Below are positions 32,371 through 40,911 of a stretch of DNA of 64,000 nt, in pieces. The position numbers were made by a program, and so were the translations under genes. Each line of letters starts with the position of its first letter. Within the stretch, counting starts at the first letter, position 1. Origin of the DNA: an uncultured Gemmatimonadales bacterium. Lineage in GTDB: Bacteria; Gemmatimonadota; Gemmatimonadetes; Gemmatimonadales; GWC2-71-9. The DNA lies in contig OY970263.1 in assembly GCA_963715665.1 (NCBI GenBank), positions 2,090,757-2,154,756 of the forward strand, in the 5' to 3' direction. Below the pieces are notes generated by a model, which saw only the letters and a program-made list of their open reading frames with translations, did not search any database and was not told the origin of the DNA.

Positions 32371-32838
32371 CTACCCCCCACTCCCCGACAACAGTTTGAT
32401 CACGTCATTCACCCGGCTGTTCGGGATTTCCATCGCCAGGTTGTACTGCTCTATCAGCCACCCTTTCGCCGCCTTCATCAGCACGCCTGAACCGCGGCAC
32501 GGCCCCATCCAGGTGTCGAGCTGTTCATCGAACCAGGCGATGGTGCCGTCGTGGGAGTAGGCGATGTGGCGGTCATGAGGATGAAAGTCCCACGCCTTCT
32601 TGCGGTCGAAATACGGCTTGGCCCACGCCTCGAACGCCGGCTTGACCCAGCGCTCGCCGGGGTCGGTGCCGAGAAAGACGGCGTCGGACGCCATGGCGCC
32701 GAAGTACGCCGGGGCATCGGCGATGGCGGCGGCGTGGTGCCAGCCGTCGAGCACGGCGCTGATGGCGGAATCGGCCGCCTGGGCAGGAAGGGCGGCCGGG
32801 GTGGCGACAACGAGCAGGGCGAGGGTGAGCTGGCGCAC
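32371..32838 (-). CDS. Secreted SnoaL/NTF2-like protein
   Basis: GAGG RBS, GTG; LDGWHHAAA, FLGTDPGERW, AWFDEQL, CRGSGVL. Confidence 0.88.
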   Translation of the reverse strand: MRQLTLALLVVATPAALPAQAADSAISAVLDGWHHAAAIADAPAYFGAMASDAVFLGTDPGERWVKPAFEAWAKPYFDRKKAWDFHPHDRHIAYSHDGTIAWFDEQLDTWMGPCRGSGVLMKAAKGWLIEQYNLAMEIPNSRVNDVIKLLSGSGG

Positions 32839-32980
32839 GGGGTCCTCTTCCGGTTGGCGGATGCTCCGAAGATCGATGCCGGTGCGACCGAGCGCCAGCG
32901 GGGAACGTGACGCCCCTTTCCGGAACGATGGGGCGGCGTTCTACTTCACCCCTTCTCCGCCACACCTTCGAGGCACGGCC

Positions 32981-33442
32981 ATGTGGAAGATCGCGGTCCC
33001 CTGGTGGGAACTGATCGTTCGCGCGGTGGTGGTGTATGTCTTCCTGCTGATCCTGCTGCGGGTCACCGGCAAGCGCCAGGTGGGCCAGCTCGCACCGTTC
33101 GACCTGGTCTTGCTGCTGGTCCTGTCGAATGCCGTGCAGAACTCGATCAACGCCGGCGACAATTCGCTGCTCGGCGGGTTGATCTCCGCGGTGGCGCTGG
33201 TGATCCTCAACTACGGTGTCGGTTACCTCTCGGACCGGAGCAAGAAGCTCGAGGCGCTGATCGAGGGACGGCCGGTGGTGGTGATCCACAACGGCAGGTT
33301 GTACGACGACGCCATGCGCGGGCTGCGGCTCACCCATCACGAACTGCACGCCGCCTTGCGGAAGGAAGGATGCGCCAGCGTTGAAGACGTCCGCTACGCG
33401 GTGCTGGAGAACAACGGCACGCTCAGCGTCATTCCCAAATAG
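32981..33442 (+). CDS. DUF421 (YetF) membrane protein
   Basis: GKRQVGQLAPFDLVLL, EGRPVVVIHNG, AVLENNGTLSVI. Confidence 0.92.
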   Translation: MWKIAVPWWELIVRAVVVYVFLLILLRVTGKRQVGQLAPFDLVLLLVLSNAVQNSINAGDNSLLGGLISAVALVILNYGVGYLSDRSKKLEALIEGRPVVVIHNGRLYDDAMRGLRLTHHELHAALRKEGCASVEDVRYAVLENNGTLSVIPK

Positions 33443-34367
33443 CCGAGCGGCAGCACTCGCGCTGTTGCTCGCCGCGGCGCCGGCCGTCGCTGGCGCACAG
33501 GCGGCTCCCCACCCCGTTCCCGACTCCGCGCCGCAACGCTTTACCATCGCGGCCGACGGATTTCCGCTGGCGGTGTTCTGCCGCACACCCGCCGCGGCGC
33601 CGACGGGAGCGATCCTGCTGGTGCATGGGCGGACCTGGAGTTCGATTCCCGACTTCGACCTGCAGGTGCCGGGAGAACAGAAGTCGGTGCTGGCGAAGTT
33701 CGCGGCCCGGGGCTGGACCGCCTGCGCGGTGGACCTGCGCGGCTACGGTTCGACGCCCCGCGACAGCACCGGCTGGGACACCCCCGACCGTTCGGCCCGG
33801 GACGTCGCGGCGGTGCTGGCATGGCTCGCCCAGCGGCCCCACGGCGCGCGACTTCCCGTGCTCCTCGGCTGGTCGAACGGCGCGCTGGTGGCGCAACTCG
33901 CCGCGCAGCGCTTTCCGGCGCGAATGTCGGCGCTGGTGCTGTACGGCTATCCGTGGGACGCGACGACGCCGTTCATTGCCGACCAGCCCGGCAGCCAGCC
34001 GCTCTACCAGCGGAACACTCCCGCCGACGCCACCAGCGACTTCATCACGCCGGGGTCGATCTCCCGCGCGGCGATCATCGCCTACGAGAGCACCGCGATG
34101 ACCACCGACCCGGTCCTTGCCGATTGGCACCGCGCCGACGAATTCAACGCGCTCGACCCGGCGCGACTCACCGTGCCGGTGCTGATGGTGCAGGGTGAGG
34201 GCGATCCGAGCATCACCGGCGGCCAGCTGGAGCGGATCTTCCACCGCATCCGGTCACGGCCGAAGCAGCTGGTGATCCTCCACGGCGGCGATCATGCGGC
34301 GCTGCTGGAAGAGACGAAGCCGGAGTTCGTGGAGGCGGTCGTGAAGTTCCTGGGTGGACGAAGATGA
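33381..34367 (+). CDS. Secreted alpha/beta hydrolase
   Basis: LLVHG, DLRGYG, GWSNG nucleophile elbow, GEGD, GGDH; start uncertain (TTG overlapping the upstream gene). Confidence 0.85.
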   Translation: MKTSATRCWRTTARSASFPNSRAAALALLLAAAPAVAGAQAAPHPVPDSAPQRFTIAADGFPLAVFCRTPAAAPTGAILLVHGRTWSSIPDFDLQVPGEQKSVLAKFAARGWTACAVDLRGYGSTPRDSTGWDTPDRSARDVAAVLAWLAQRPHGARLPVLLGWSNGALVAQLAAQRFPARMSALVLYGYPWDATTPFIADQPGSQPLYQRNTPADATSDFITPGSISRAAIIAYESTAMTTDPVLADWHRADEFNALDPARLTVPVLMVQGEGDPSITGGQLERIFHRIRSRPKQLVILHGGDHAALLEETKPEFVEAVVKFLGGRR

Positions 34368-34372
34368 GTTCG

Positions 34373-34393
34373 GAAAGGCGCCCACGGCCTTTC
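34373..34393. terminator. Possible bidirectional terminator
   Basis: GAAAGGC-GCCCACG-GCCTTTC hairpin between convergent stops. Confidence 0.45.
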
Positions 34394-34398
34394 GATTT

Positions 34399-35535
34399 CT
34401 AGTGTGAATCCTGAATCACATCGAAATACGTCTTGATCTTTCCCTGTTGGACGTCCGCGATGAACGACGGAATGTTGCTCAGCAGCGACCCGAGCCGGAA
34501 GCCGCCGCCGGTGCCGCGAAAACCGCCGCCGGCCGAACGGATGAGGGTGCTGGTGGAGTCGAGCGGCAGCGAGGCGACGTTGGCGTAGAACTGCGACGCG
34601 ATGTTGTCCTGCCAGAGGTACTGCTCGACGTTGGAGGTGTAGAACGCCATCACGAACGAGTGGTGGTCGCGGATGTAGTCGCCGACGGCGCGGAGCGCCT
34701 TGGGGCCGCCGAAGTTGCCGACCACCGGCACCAGCAGGTTCTTCTCCTCGAAGTCGCGCAGGGTGCGGTAGTTCGCCTCGGTGGCGAGGTAGCTGCGATC
34801 GAGGCCGGAGCCGTCGTTCTGCACCATCAGGTCGTAGTAATTCGGCATCCCGCGGCCGCCGCGATAGCCGTAGCCGTACCCCTGGTTGGGATAGGAGTAG
34901 TTGATCTCCGGACCGGCCTGGAAGAAGTCGCTGAAGATGCCGGCCAGCTGCTGCACGTCGGCGGGGTCGAGGGGAAAGCCGTGGTCGTGGAGCAGGTGGT
35001 CTTCGATGGCGGCAAGGGTCTGCCGGTAGAGGGCGCTGTCGGGCGGCTCCGAATCGACGGCGGCGAAGAGCGCGGCCGCCGAGGCGGTGGTGTCGAGCCC
35101 CACGGGGCGCCGCCGGGAGAAGAGCCGCGACACGTAGGTCACCCGGTCGGGTGATGTCTCCAGGAGCGCCTTGTACATCAGGTGCTCGAGGAGGTTGCCC
35201 CGCCGGACATCGACGATGAACGCCATCGCCGGATGGAGCGCCACGATGTAGGTGAAGTTCTGCTCCGGGGCGACGCCCAGGTAGACACCGCCGGGACGCG
35301 TGGTCTTCAGCAGCTCCGGAATGACGTACTGGTACCCCATCTCGTTGGAGAGGAGGTTTTCGGAGCGGAAGTACCCGTTCGGCTCCGACATGGAGGCCGA
35401 GAGCTGCCAGAACTCGGTGTCGCTCAGCCGGGTCGGCAGGCCCTGGGCGGGAAGCCGGCGACAACCGGTTGCCCCGGCGGTGAGCGCCGCCATCATCACG
35501 GCGGCGAACAGGTCGCGACGTGTCAGGGTTATCAT
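34399..35535 (-). CDS. Conserved-looking exported hypothetical protein
   Basis: ATG 35535, TRRDLF twin-Arg-like signal; SEPNGYFRSENLLSNE, GGVYLGVAPEQNFTYI, FYTSNVEQYL. Confidence 0.78.
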   Translation of the reverse strand: MITLTRRDLFAAVMMAALTAGATGCRRLPAQGLPTRLSDTEFWQLSASMSEPNGYFRSENLLSNEMGYQYVIPELLKTTRPGGVYLGVAPEQNFTYIVALHPAMAFIVDVRRGNLLEHLMYKALLETSPDRVTYVSRLFSRRRPVGLDTTASAAALFAAVDSEPPDSALYRQTLAAIEDHLLHDHGFPLDPADVQQLAGIFSDFFQAGPEINYSYPNQGYGYGYRGGRGMPNYYDLMVQNDGSGLDRSYLATEANYRTLRDFEEKNLLVPVVGNFGGPKALRAVGDYIRDHHSFVMAFYTSNVEQYLWQDNIASQFYANVASLPLDSTSTLIRSAGGGFRGTGGGFRLGSLLSNIPSFIADVQQGKIKTYFDVIQDSH

Positions 35536-35592
35536 GTTGCGGATCTCCGGGCACCAAGCGGGACCACAAGAATAAGCGTGTGAGGTGAGACG

Positions 35593-36018
35593 ATGCGTAG
35601 CACCCTCTCCGCGGCCATCCTCGTTGCCGTCTCGGCCTGCAACGGCCTCCCGCCGGGGCACAGCGACAGCGACATCGCCGGGACCTACCATGCCACGACG
35701 CTCGAGGTCGACGCGCCGAACGGCACCACGCACGTCGACTATCTCCTCGTCGGTGGCTCGCTTGAGATGACGCTGACCGCCGACGGCCAGGTCTCGGGGT
35801 TGCTGAACCTCCCCGCGAGCAGCCTCGCTCCGGCGGTCAGGGCCGACCTCACCGGCACCTTCCGGATCACCGATCCACAAGTCGACTTTTCCATGAACGA
35901 CACGTCATTCGTTTCCAACCTGCACTGGCTGATCGTGCTCGACCGTCTGCAGACGACCGGGGCATTCACGCCGGCGCCGGGGACGACGATCACGGCGGTG
36001 CTCAGTCGGGCGCCGTAA
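35593..36018 (+). CDS. Hypothetical lipoprotein
   Basis: GAGG RBS; lipobox VSAC; IAGTY beta-rich body. Confidence 0.75.
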   Translation: MRSTLSAAILVAVSACNGLPPGHSDSDIAGTYHATTLEVDAPNGTTHVDYLLVGGSLEMTLTADGQVSGLLNLPASSLAPAVRADLTGTFRITDPQVDFSMNDTSFVSNLHWLIVLDRLQTTGAFTPAPGTTITAVLSRAP

Positions 36019-36159
36019 GCCGGCCGCGCGCCTACCAGCACAACCTTGTCACGCCCCCGGGCTCACGGCTGCGATCTCCCGGCCGCAGTCCCGGCCCCCT
36101 GACACATTCGCCGCCCCTGATTCGTCCCCCTTCGTGTCAGAACGAACCGGAGGCGGGAA

Positions 36160-36624
36160 ATGCGGAAGTATGTAGCAAGCGGCGTGGCGGGAATGCTGAT
36201 GGTATTGGCCGGGTGCTCTCACTCCTCACCGTCGACCTCACCGTCGACCTCGCCGTCGCCCGCGGCGGAGTCGACCACGTCGAGTCCGGCGGAGGCACCG
36301 CGGCAGGGCGAAATCGGCGAGCACACCTTTACCATCCCGGCGGGAGAGACGGTGCGGGCCGACCTGGCCCGGGGCACCGTCTACCGCGCGGAGCTCGACG
36401 GCCAGAACGTGGGGCTCTCGATCCGGCCGATCGTGGCAAGCATGCAGCGTCCGCTGGTGGAGAAGATGTTCGCCGGGACCAGCGCGAGCGGGACGTCGGT
36501 CTACACCATCACCTGCTACGCCACCGGCCAGTACGAGTTCTACACCACCGGTGGGGCGTTGCAGCCGCTCACCCTGCACCTGTCGTTCGTCAAGAACTTC
36601 AAGATCAAGGGCGACACGACGTAA
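36160..36624 (+). CDS. Hypothetical lipoprotein with Ser/Pro/Thr linker
   Basis: GGAGG RBS; lipobox LAGC; SPSTSPSTSPSP linker. Confidence 0.75.
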   Translation: MRKYVASGVAGMLMVLAGCSHSSPSTSPSTSPSPAAESTTSSPAEAPRQGEIGEHTFTIPAGETVRADLARGTVYRAELDGQNVGLSIRPIVASMQRPLVEKMFAGTSASGTSVYTITCYATGQYEFYTTGGALQPLTLHLSFVKNFKIKGDTT

Positions 36625-36664
36625 GCCCGGAGCCCGGAGCCCGGGGCCCGGGGCCCGGAGCCCC
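36625..36664. repeat. Heptamer tandem array (GCCCGG[A/G])n
   Basis: GCCCGGAGCCCGGAGCCCGGGGCCCGGGGCCCGGAGCCCC directly after the stop codon. Confidence 0.8.
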
Positions 36665-36731
36665 GCGGTCTTGCAGGTTCCAGCTCCGGGCGGCAACTTG
36701 GAAACGCCCCATCCCGGAGGCGTTCCCGAGC

Positions 36732-37532
36732 ATGACGCATGCACCACTTCCATTGGCGCGTCCCCGCTTCGGCCACACGATGCGGACCGACGCGTGGTGG
36801 ATCCAGCCCGTCGCGGTCTTTTCGGTGCTTTCGCTGTTCATCGTCTATGCCACCTGGGCGGCGCTCCAGGGGAATCACTACACCTACGGCCCGTACATAT
36901 CGCCGTTCTACTCGCCGGAGATCTTCGGCACCACGCCGCACGCGTGGTTCGGGCCGAAACCGGGGTGGTGGCCGTCGTGGCTGGTGTTCTCACCGGCGAT
37001 CCTGATTCTCTGGGCACCGGCGGGCTTCCGGGTAACCTGCTACTACTACCGGGGCGCGTACTACAAGGCGTTCTGGGCCGATCCGGTCAACTGCACGGTG
37101 GCCGAGGCGCGCAAGCACTACCTCGGTGAGCACTACCTGCCGCTGATCCTGCAGAACGTGCATCGATACTTCCTCTATCTCGCGCTGATCTTCCTGGTCT
37201 TCCTGGCGCACGACGCCTGGCAGGCGATGTGGTTCACCGGTCCCGACGGCGTGGCGCACTTCGGCCTCGGCGTGGGCACCCTGCTGCTCGTGGCCAACGT
37301 GGTGCTGCTGGGCGGCTACACGCTGGGGTGTCACTCGCTGCGGCACCTGGTGGGCGGCGTGCTGGACCGCCTGTCGGAGCATCCGGTGCGCGCCGTGGCG
37401 TACGACTGTTCCACCTGCCTCAACCGCAACCACCTCAAGTGGGCGTGGACGTCGCTGATGATGGTCCCGTTCTGCGACATCTACATCCGGCTCTGCTCGA
37501 TGGGCATCTGGCACGACTGGAGGATCTTCTGA
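36732..37532 (+). CDS. Succinate dehydrogenase membrane subunit (Sdh1/Rv0249c-like)
   Basis: YISPFYSP, FRVTCYYYRGAYY, LQNVHRYF, YTLGCHSLRHLVGG; first gene of the sdh operon. Confidence 0.85.
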   Translation: MTHAPLPLARPRFGHTMRTDAWWIQPVAVFSVLSLFIVYATWAALQGNHYTYGPYISPFYSPEIFGTTPHAWFGPKPGWWPSWLVFSPAILILWAPAGFRVTCYYYRGAYYKAFWADPVNCTVAEARKHYLGEHYLPLILQNVHRYFLYLALIFLVFLAHDAWQAMWFTGPDGVAHFGLGVGTLLLVANVVLLGGYTLGCHSLRHLVGGVLDRLSEHPVRAVAYDCSTCLNRNHLKWAWTSLMMVPFCDIYIRLCSMGIWHDWRIF

Positions 37533-39349
37533 TGGCCGACGTCCAGGCCTTCGAGCACGACGTGCTGGTGGTGGGCGCGGGGGGCGCCGGGCTGCGCGCG
37601 GCGATTGCCGCCGCGTCGAGCGGCGCATCGGTGGGCGTGGTCTGCAAGTCACTGCTCGGCAAGGCGCACACCGTGATGGCCGAAGGCGGGGCCGCGGCGG
37701 CGCTGGGCAACGTCGACGACCGCGACAACTGGCGGGTTCATTTCGCCGACACGATGCGCGGCGGGCAGTACGTCAACAACTGGCGCATGGCCGAGCTGCA
37801 CGCCAAGGAGGCGCCCGACCGGGTGCGCGAGCTGGAGGCGTGGGGCGCGGTGTTCGACCGGACGACCGACGGGCGGATCCTGCAGCGCAACTTCGGTGGG
37901 CATCGCTATCCGCGGCTGGCGCACGTCGGCGACCGCACCGGGCTGGAGATGATCCGCACGCTGCAGGACCACGTGGTGCATCTCGGGGTCGACGTCCACA
38001 TGGAGGTGACGATCGTCACCCTGCTCAAGGACGGCGACCGGGTGGTGGGGGCGTTCGGCTACGACCGCGAGCGGGGCCGCTTCCGGCTGTTCAGGGCGAA
38101 GGCGGTGGTGCTGGCCACCGGCGGCGCCGGGCGCGCGTTCAGCGTCACCAGCAACAGCTGGGAATACACCGCCGACGGACAGGCGCTGGCGCTGCGGGCC
38201 GGCGCCGAGCTGATGGACATGGAGTTCATCCAGTTCCACCCCACCGGGATGGTCTGGCCGCCCAGCGTGCGGGGGATCCTGGTGACCGAAGCGGTGCGCG
38301 GCGAGGGCGGCGTGCTGCGCAACAGCGAGGGGAAGCGCTTCCTGTTCGACGAGATTCCGCCGGCCTACCGCAACCAGACCGCCGACAACCCCGACGAGGG
38401 GTGGCGCTATACCCAGGGCGACAAGTCGGCGCGGCGCCCGCCCGAACTCCTCACCCGCGACCATGTGGCGCGCTGCATCGTGCGCGAGGTCCGCGAGGGC
38501 CGCGGCTCGCCGCACGGCGGTGTCTTCCTCGACATCGCCTGGATCCGCGAGAAGCTCCCCCACGCCGCCGAGCACATCAAGCGCAAGCTGCCGAGCATGT
38601 ACCACCAGTTCAAGCAGCTGGCCGACATCGACATCACCGCGCAACCGATGGAAGTGGGGCCGACGACGCACTACATCATGGGTGGCGTGCGGGTCGACGG
38701 CGACACGCAGATGAGCACCGTGGCCGGGCTGTTTGCCGCCGGGGAGTGCGCCGCCGGGCTGCACGGTGCCAACCGGCTGGGCGGCAACTCGCTCTCCGAC
38801 CTGCTGGTGTTCGGCAAGCGCGCCGGCGACCACGCCGCCGCCTTTGCCGAGGCCCACGGCGCGGGACACATCGACGCCGCCGTGGTGGAAGCGGCGGCGG
38901 TCGACGCCCTGGCACCGTTCGAGCGCGGCACCTCGGGTGAAGGGCCGTTCCAGCTGCAACACGAGCTGCAGGCGGTGATGCAGGACGAAGTGGGGATTGT
39001 CCGGCGCGACGAGGAGATGCGCCGGGCGCTGGAACGGATCGGCGAGTTGCGGCGCCGCGCGGCACAGGTGGGTGTCACGGGAAATCGCGAATACAACCCC
39101 GGCTGGCACACCGCGATGGACCTCCGCAACCTCTGCGATGTGGCCGAAGCGATTGCCCGCTCGGCGCTGGACCGTCGCGAAAGCCGCGGCGCGCACTTCC
39201 GCGACGACCTCCCGGAGAAGGACCCGGAGGGGGCGAAGTACAACACGGTGGTGAAGCGGGACGCGACCGGAGGGCTGGCGCTGAGCCGCCGGCCGATCCC
39301 GCCGATTCCCCCGGAACTGCAACGCATCATCGAGGAGCAGGCCGCATGA
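37532..39349 (+). CDS. sdhA: Succinate dehydrogenase/fumarate reductase flavoprotein subunit
   Basis: VVGAGGAGLRAA, KAHTVMAEGG, QFHPTG, TEAVRGEGG, THYIMGG, HGANRLGGNSL, RESRGAH. Confidence 0.96.
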   Translation: MADVQAFEHDVLVVGAGGAGLRAAIAAASSGASVGVVCKSLLGKAHTVMAEGGAAAALGNVDDRDNWRVHFADTMRGGQYVNNWRMAELHAKEAPDRVRELEAWGAVFDRTTDGRILQRNFGGHRYPRLAHVGDRTGLEMIRTLQDHVVHLGVDVHMEVTIVTLLKDGDRVVGAFGYDRERGRFRLFRAKAVVLATGGAGRAFSVTSNSWEYTADGQALALRAGAELMDMEFIQFHPTGMVWPPSVRGILVTEAVRGEGGVLRNSEGKRFLFDEIPPAYRNQTADNPDEGWRYTQGDKSARRPPELLTRDHVARCIVREVREGRGSPHGGVFLDIAWIREKLPHAAEHIKRKLPSMYHQFKQLADIDITAQPMEVGPTTHYIMGGVRVDGDTQMSTVAGLFAAGECAAGLHGANRLGGNSLSDLLVFGKRAGDHAAAFAEAHGAGHIDAAVVEAAAVDALAPFERGTSGEGPFQLQHELQAVMQDEVGIVRRDEEMRRALERIGELRRRAAQVGVTGNREYNPGWHTAMDLRNLCDVAEAIARSALDRRESRGAHFRDDLPEKDPEGAKYNTVVKRDATGGLALSRRPIPPIPPELQRIIEEQAA

Positions 39350-40095
39350 CCGGCTCGGCGACCTTCCGGATCTGGCGCGGCGCGCAGGGTGCCGGCGCGT
39401 TCGAGGACTATCGCACCGCGGTCGACGAGGGGATGGTGGTGCTCGACGCGGTCCACCGGATCCAGGCGGAACAGGCCAACGACCTTGCCTGCCGCTGGAA
39501 CTGCAAGGCGGGCAAGTGCGGCTCCTGTTCGGCGGAGATCAACGGCAAGCCGCGGCTGATGTGCATGACGCGGCTCAGCCAGCTCGACCTCGACCGCCCG
39601 GTGACGGTGGAACCGATGCGGACCTTTCCGCACGTGCGCGACCTGGTGACCGACGTCTCGTGGAACTACACCGTCAAGCGACGGATCCGGAAGTTCACTC
39701 CGCGCCCGCCCGATGCCGCCGACGGCACGTGGCGGATGCAGCAGCGTGACGTCGACCGGGTGCAGGAGTTTCGCAAGTGCATCGAGTGCTTCCTCTGCCA
39801 GGACGTCTGTCACGTGCTGCGGGAGCACCACAAGGAGGACGAGTTCATCGGCCCCCGCTTCCTGGTGCACGTTGCGGCGCTGGAGATGCATCCGCTCGAC
39901 ACCGTCGACCGCCGGGAGGAATTGAAGGAGGCCGACGGCATCGGGTACTGCAACATCACGAAGTGTTGCACCAAGGTCTGCCCGGAGAGCATTGCGATCA
40001 CGGACAATGCGATCATTCCGCTGAAGGAGCGGGTGGCGGATCGGTACTATGATCCGGTGAAGGCGTTGGTGAGGTTGGTCGGAAGGAATGGATAG
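39346..40095 (+). CDS. sdhB: Succinate dehydrogenase/fumarate reductase Fe-S subunit
   Basis: CKAGKCGSC, CIECFLCQDVC, CNITKCCTKVCP. Confidence 0.96.
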   Translation: MTGSATFRIWRGAQGAGAFEDYRTAVDEGMVVLDAVHRIQAEQANDLACRWNCKAGKCGSCSAEINGKPRLMCMTRLSQLDLDRPVTVEPMRTFPHVRDLVTDVSWNYTVKRRIRKFTPRPPDAADGTWRMQQRDVDRVQEFRKCIECFLCQDVCHVLREHHKEDEFIGPRFLVHVAALEMHPLDTVDRREELKEADGIGYCNITKCCTKVCPESIAITDNAIIPLKERVADRYYDPVKALVRLVGRNG

Positions 40096-40272
40096 CCCGG
40101 GGCCCGGAGCCCGGGGCCCGGAGCCGAGAGCCCAGAAGCCCAGAAGCCCAGAAGCCCAGAGCCGAGAGCCCAGGGCCGAGAGCCCAGAAGCCCAGGGCCC
40201 AGTTGGAAAGCGGCCCGTGCCGTGGTGTTCCGCGTGCCAACCCTGGGCTCTGGGCCCTGGGCCCTGGGCCGG
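40095..40272. repeat. Heptamer/octamer tandem array with inverted arm
   Basis: (GCCCGG[A/G])n, (GCCCAGAA)n, (GCCGAGA)n ... (CTGGGC[C/T])n right after the sdhB stop. Confidence 0.85.
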
Positions 40273-40292
40273 TTTCCCGAAGGAGATCTCCC

Positions 40293-40799
40293 ATGTTCGA
40301 CCTGAAATCACTCTCCCGTGACGCGATTCCTGCCGCGCTCGAGAAGGCCGAGCAGTATCGGCTGCTCAACCAGCCGTTCGCGGCGGAGAGCATCTGCCTC
40401 GACGTGGTGGCGGTCGAGCCGGCGCACCAGCTGGCGTGGCGGACGTTGCTGCTGGCTCGCACCGACCAGTTCCCCAACGATTCGGCGGCGGTGCGCCGGG
40501 CGCGCGAGGCGCTCGACCAGCTGCAGTCGCCCTACGAGCGGGCGTACTACGCCGGGCTGATCGCCGAACGCCGGGCCAAGGCGCTGCTCGACCAGCGGGC
40601 ACCGGCGCCGGGGTCGCGTTTCATGGCGTACGAAGAGCTGCGGGAGGCGATGGCGTGTTACGAGCGGGCCGAACCGCTCCGGCCGGCCGGCGACGACGAC
40701 GCCATCCTGCGGTGGAACACCTGCGCGCGCCTGCTGGACAATTCTCCCCACCTGGTGCCCCGCCCCGACGAGCGGACCGAGCCGGTGCTGGGCGAATAG
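40293..40799 (+). CDS. Hypothetical helical (TPR-like) protein
   Basis: AAGGAG RBS; ALEKAEQYRLLNQP..AESICLD, YERAYYAGLIAER, DAILRWNTCAR. Confidence 0.8.
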   Translation: MFDLKSLSRDAIPAALEKAEQYRLLNQPFAAESICLDVVAVEPAHQLAWRTLLLARTDQFPNDSAAVRRAREALDQLQSPYERAYYAGLIAERRAKALLDQRAPAPGSRFMAYEELREAMACYERAEPLRPAGDDDAILRWNTCARLLDNSPHLVPRPDERTEPVLGE

Positions 40800-40911
40800 C
40801 GCGACGCCGCGCGCCGGCGCGGAGAGGGGGTCTTGCCGGTTTCGTGTCGGGGCGTGAGTATTGACGCCACCGAGAACCCAGACCTTTCTGCTCAACTCCT
40901 CTGCGTATCCC

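Noticed and set aside
36225..36260. 12-nt tandem repeat CTCACCGTCGAC
   Set aside because: In-frame SPST linker of a lipoprotein; cannot shift the frame
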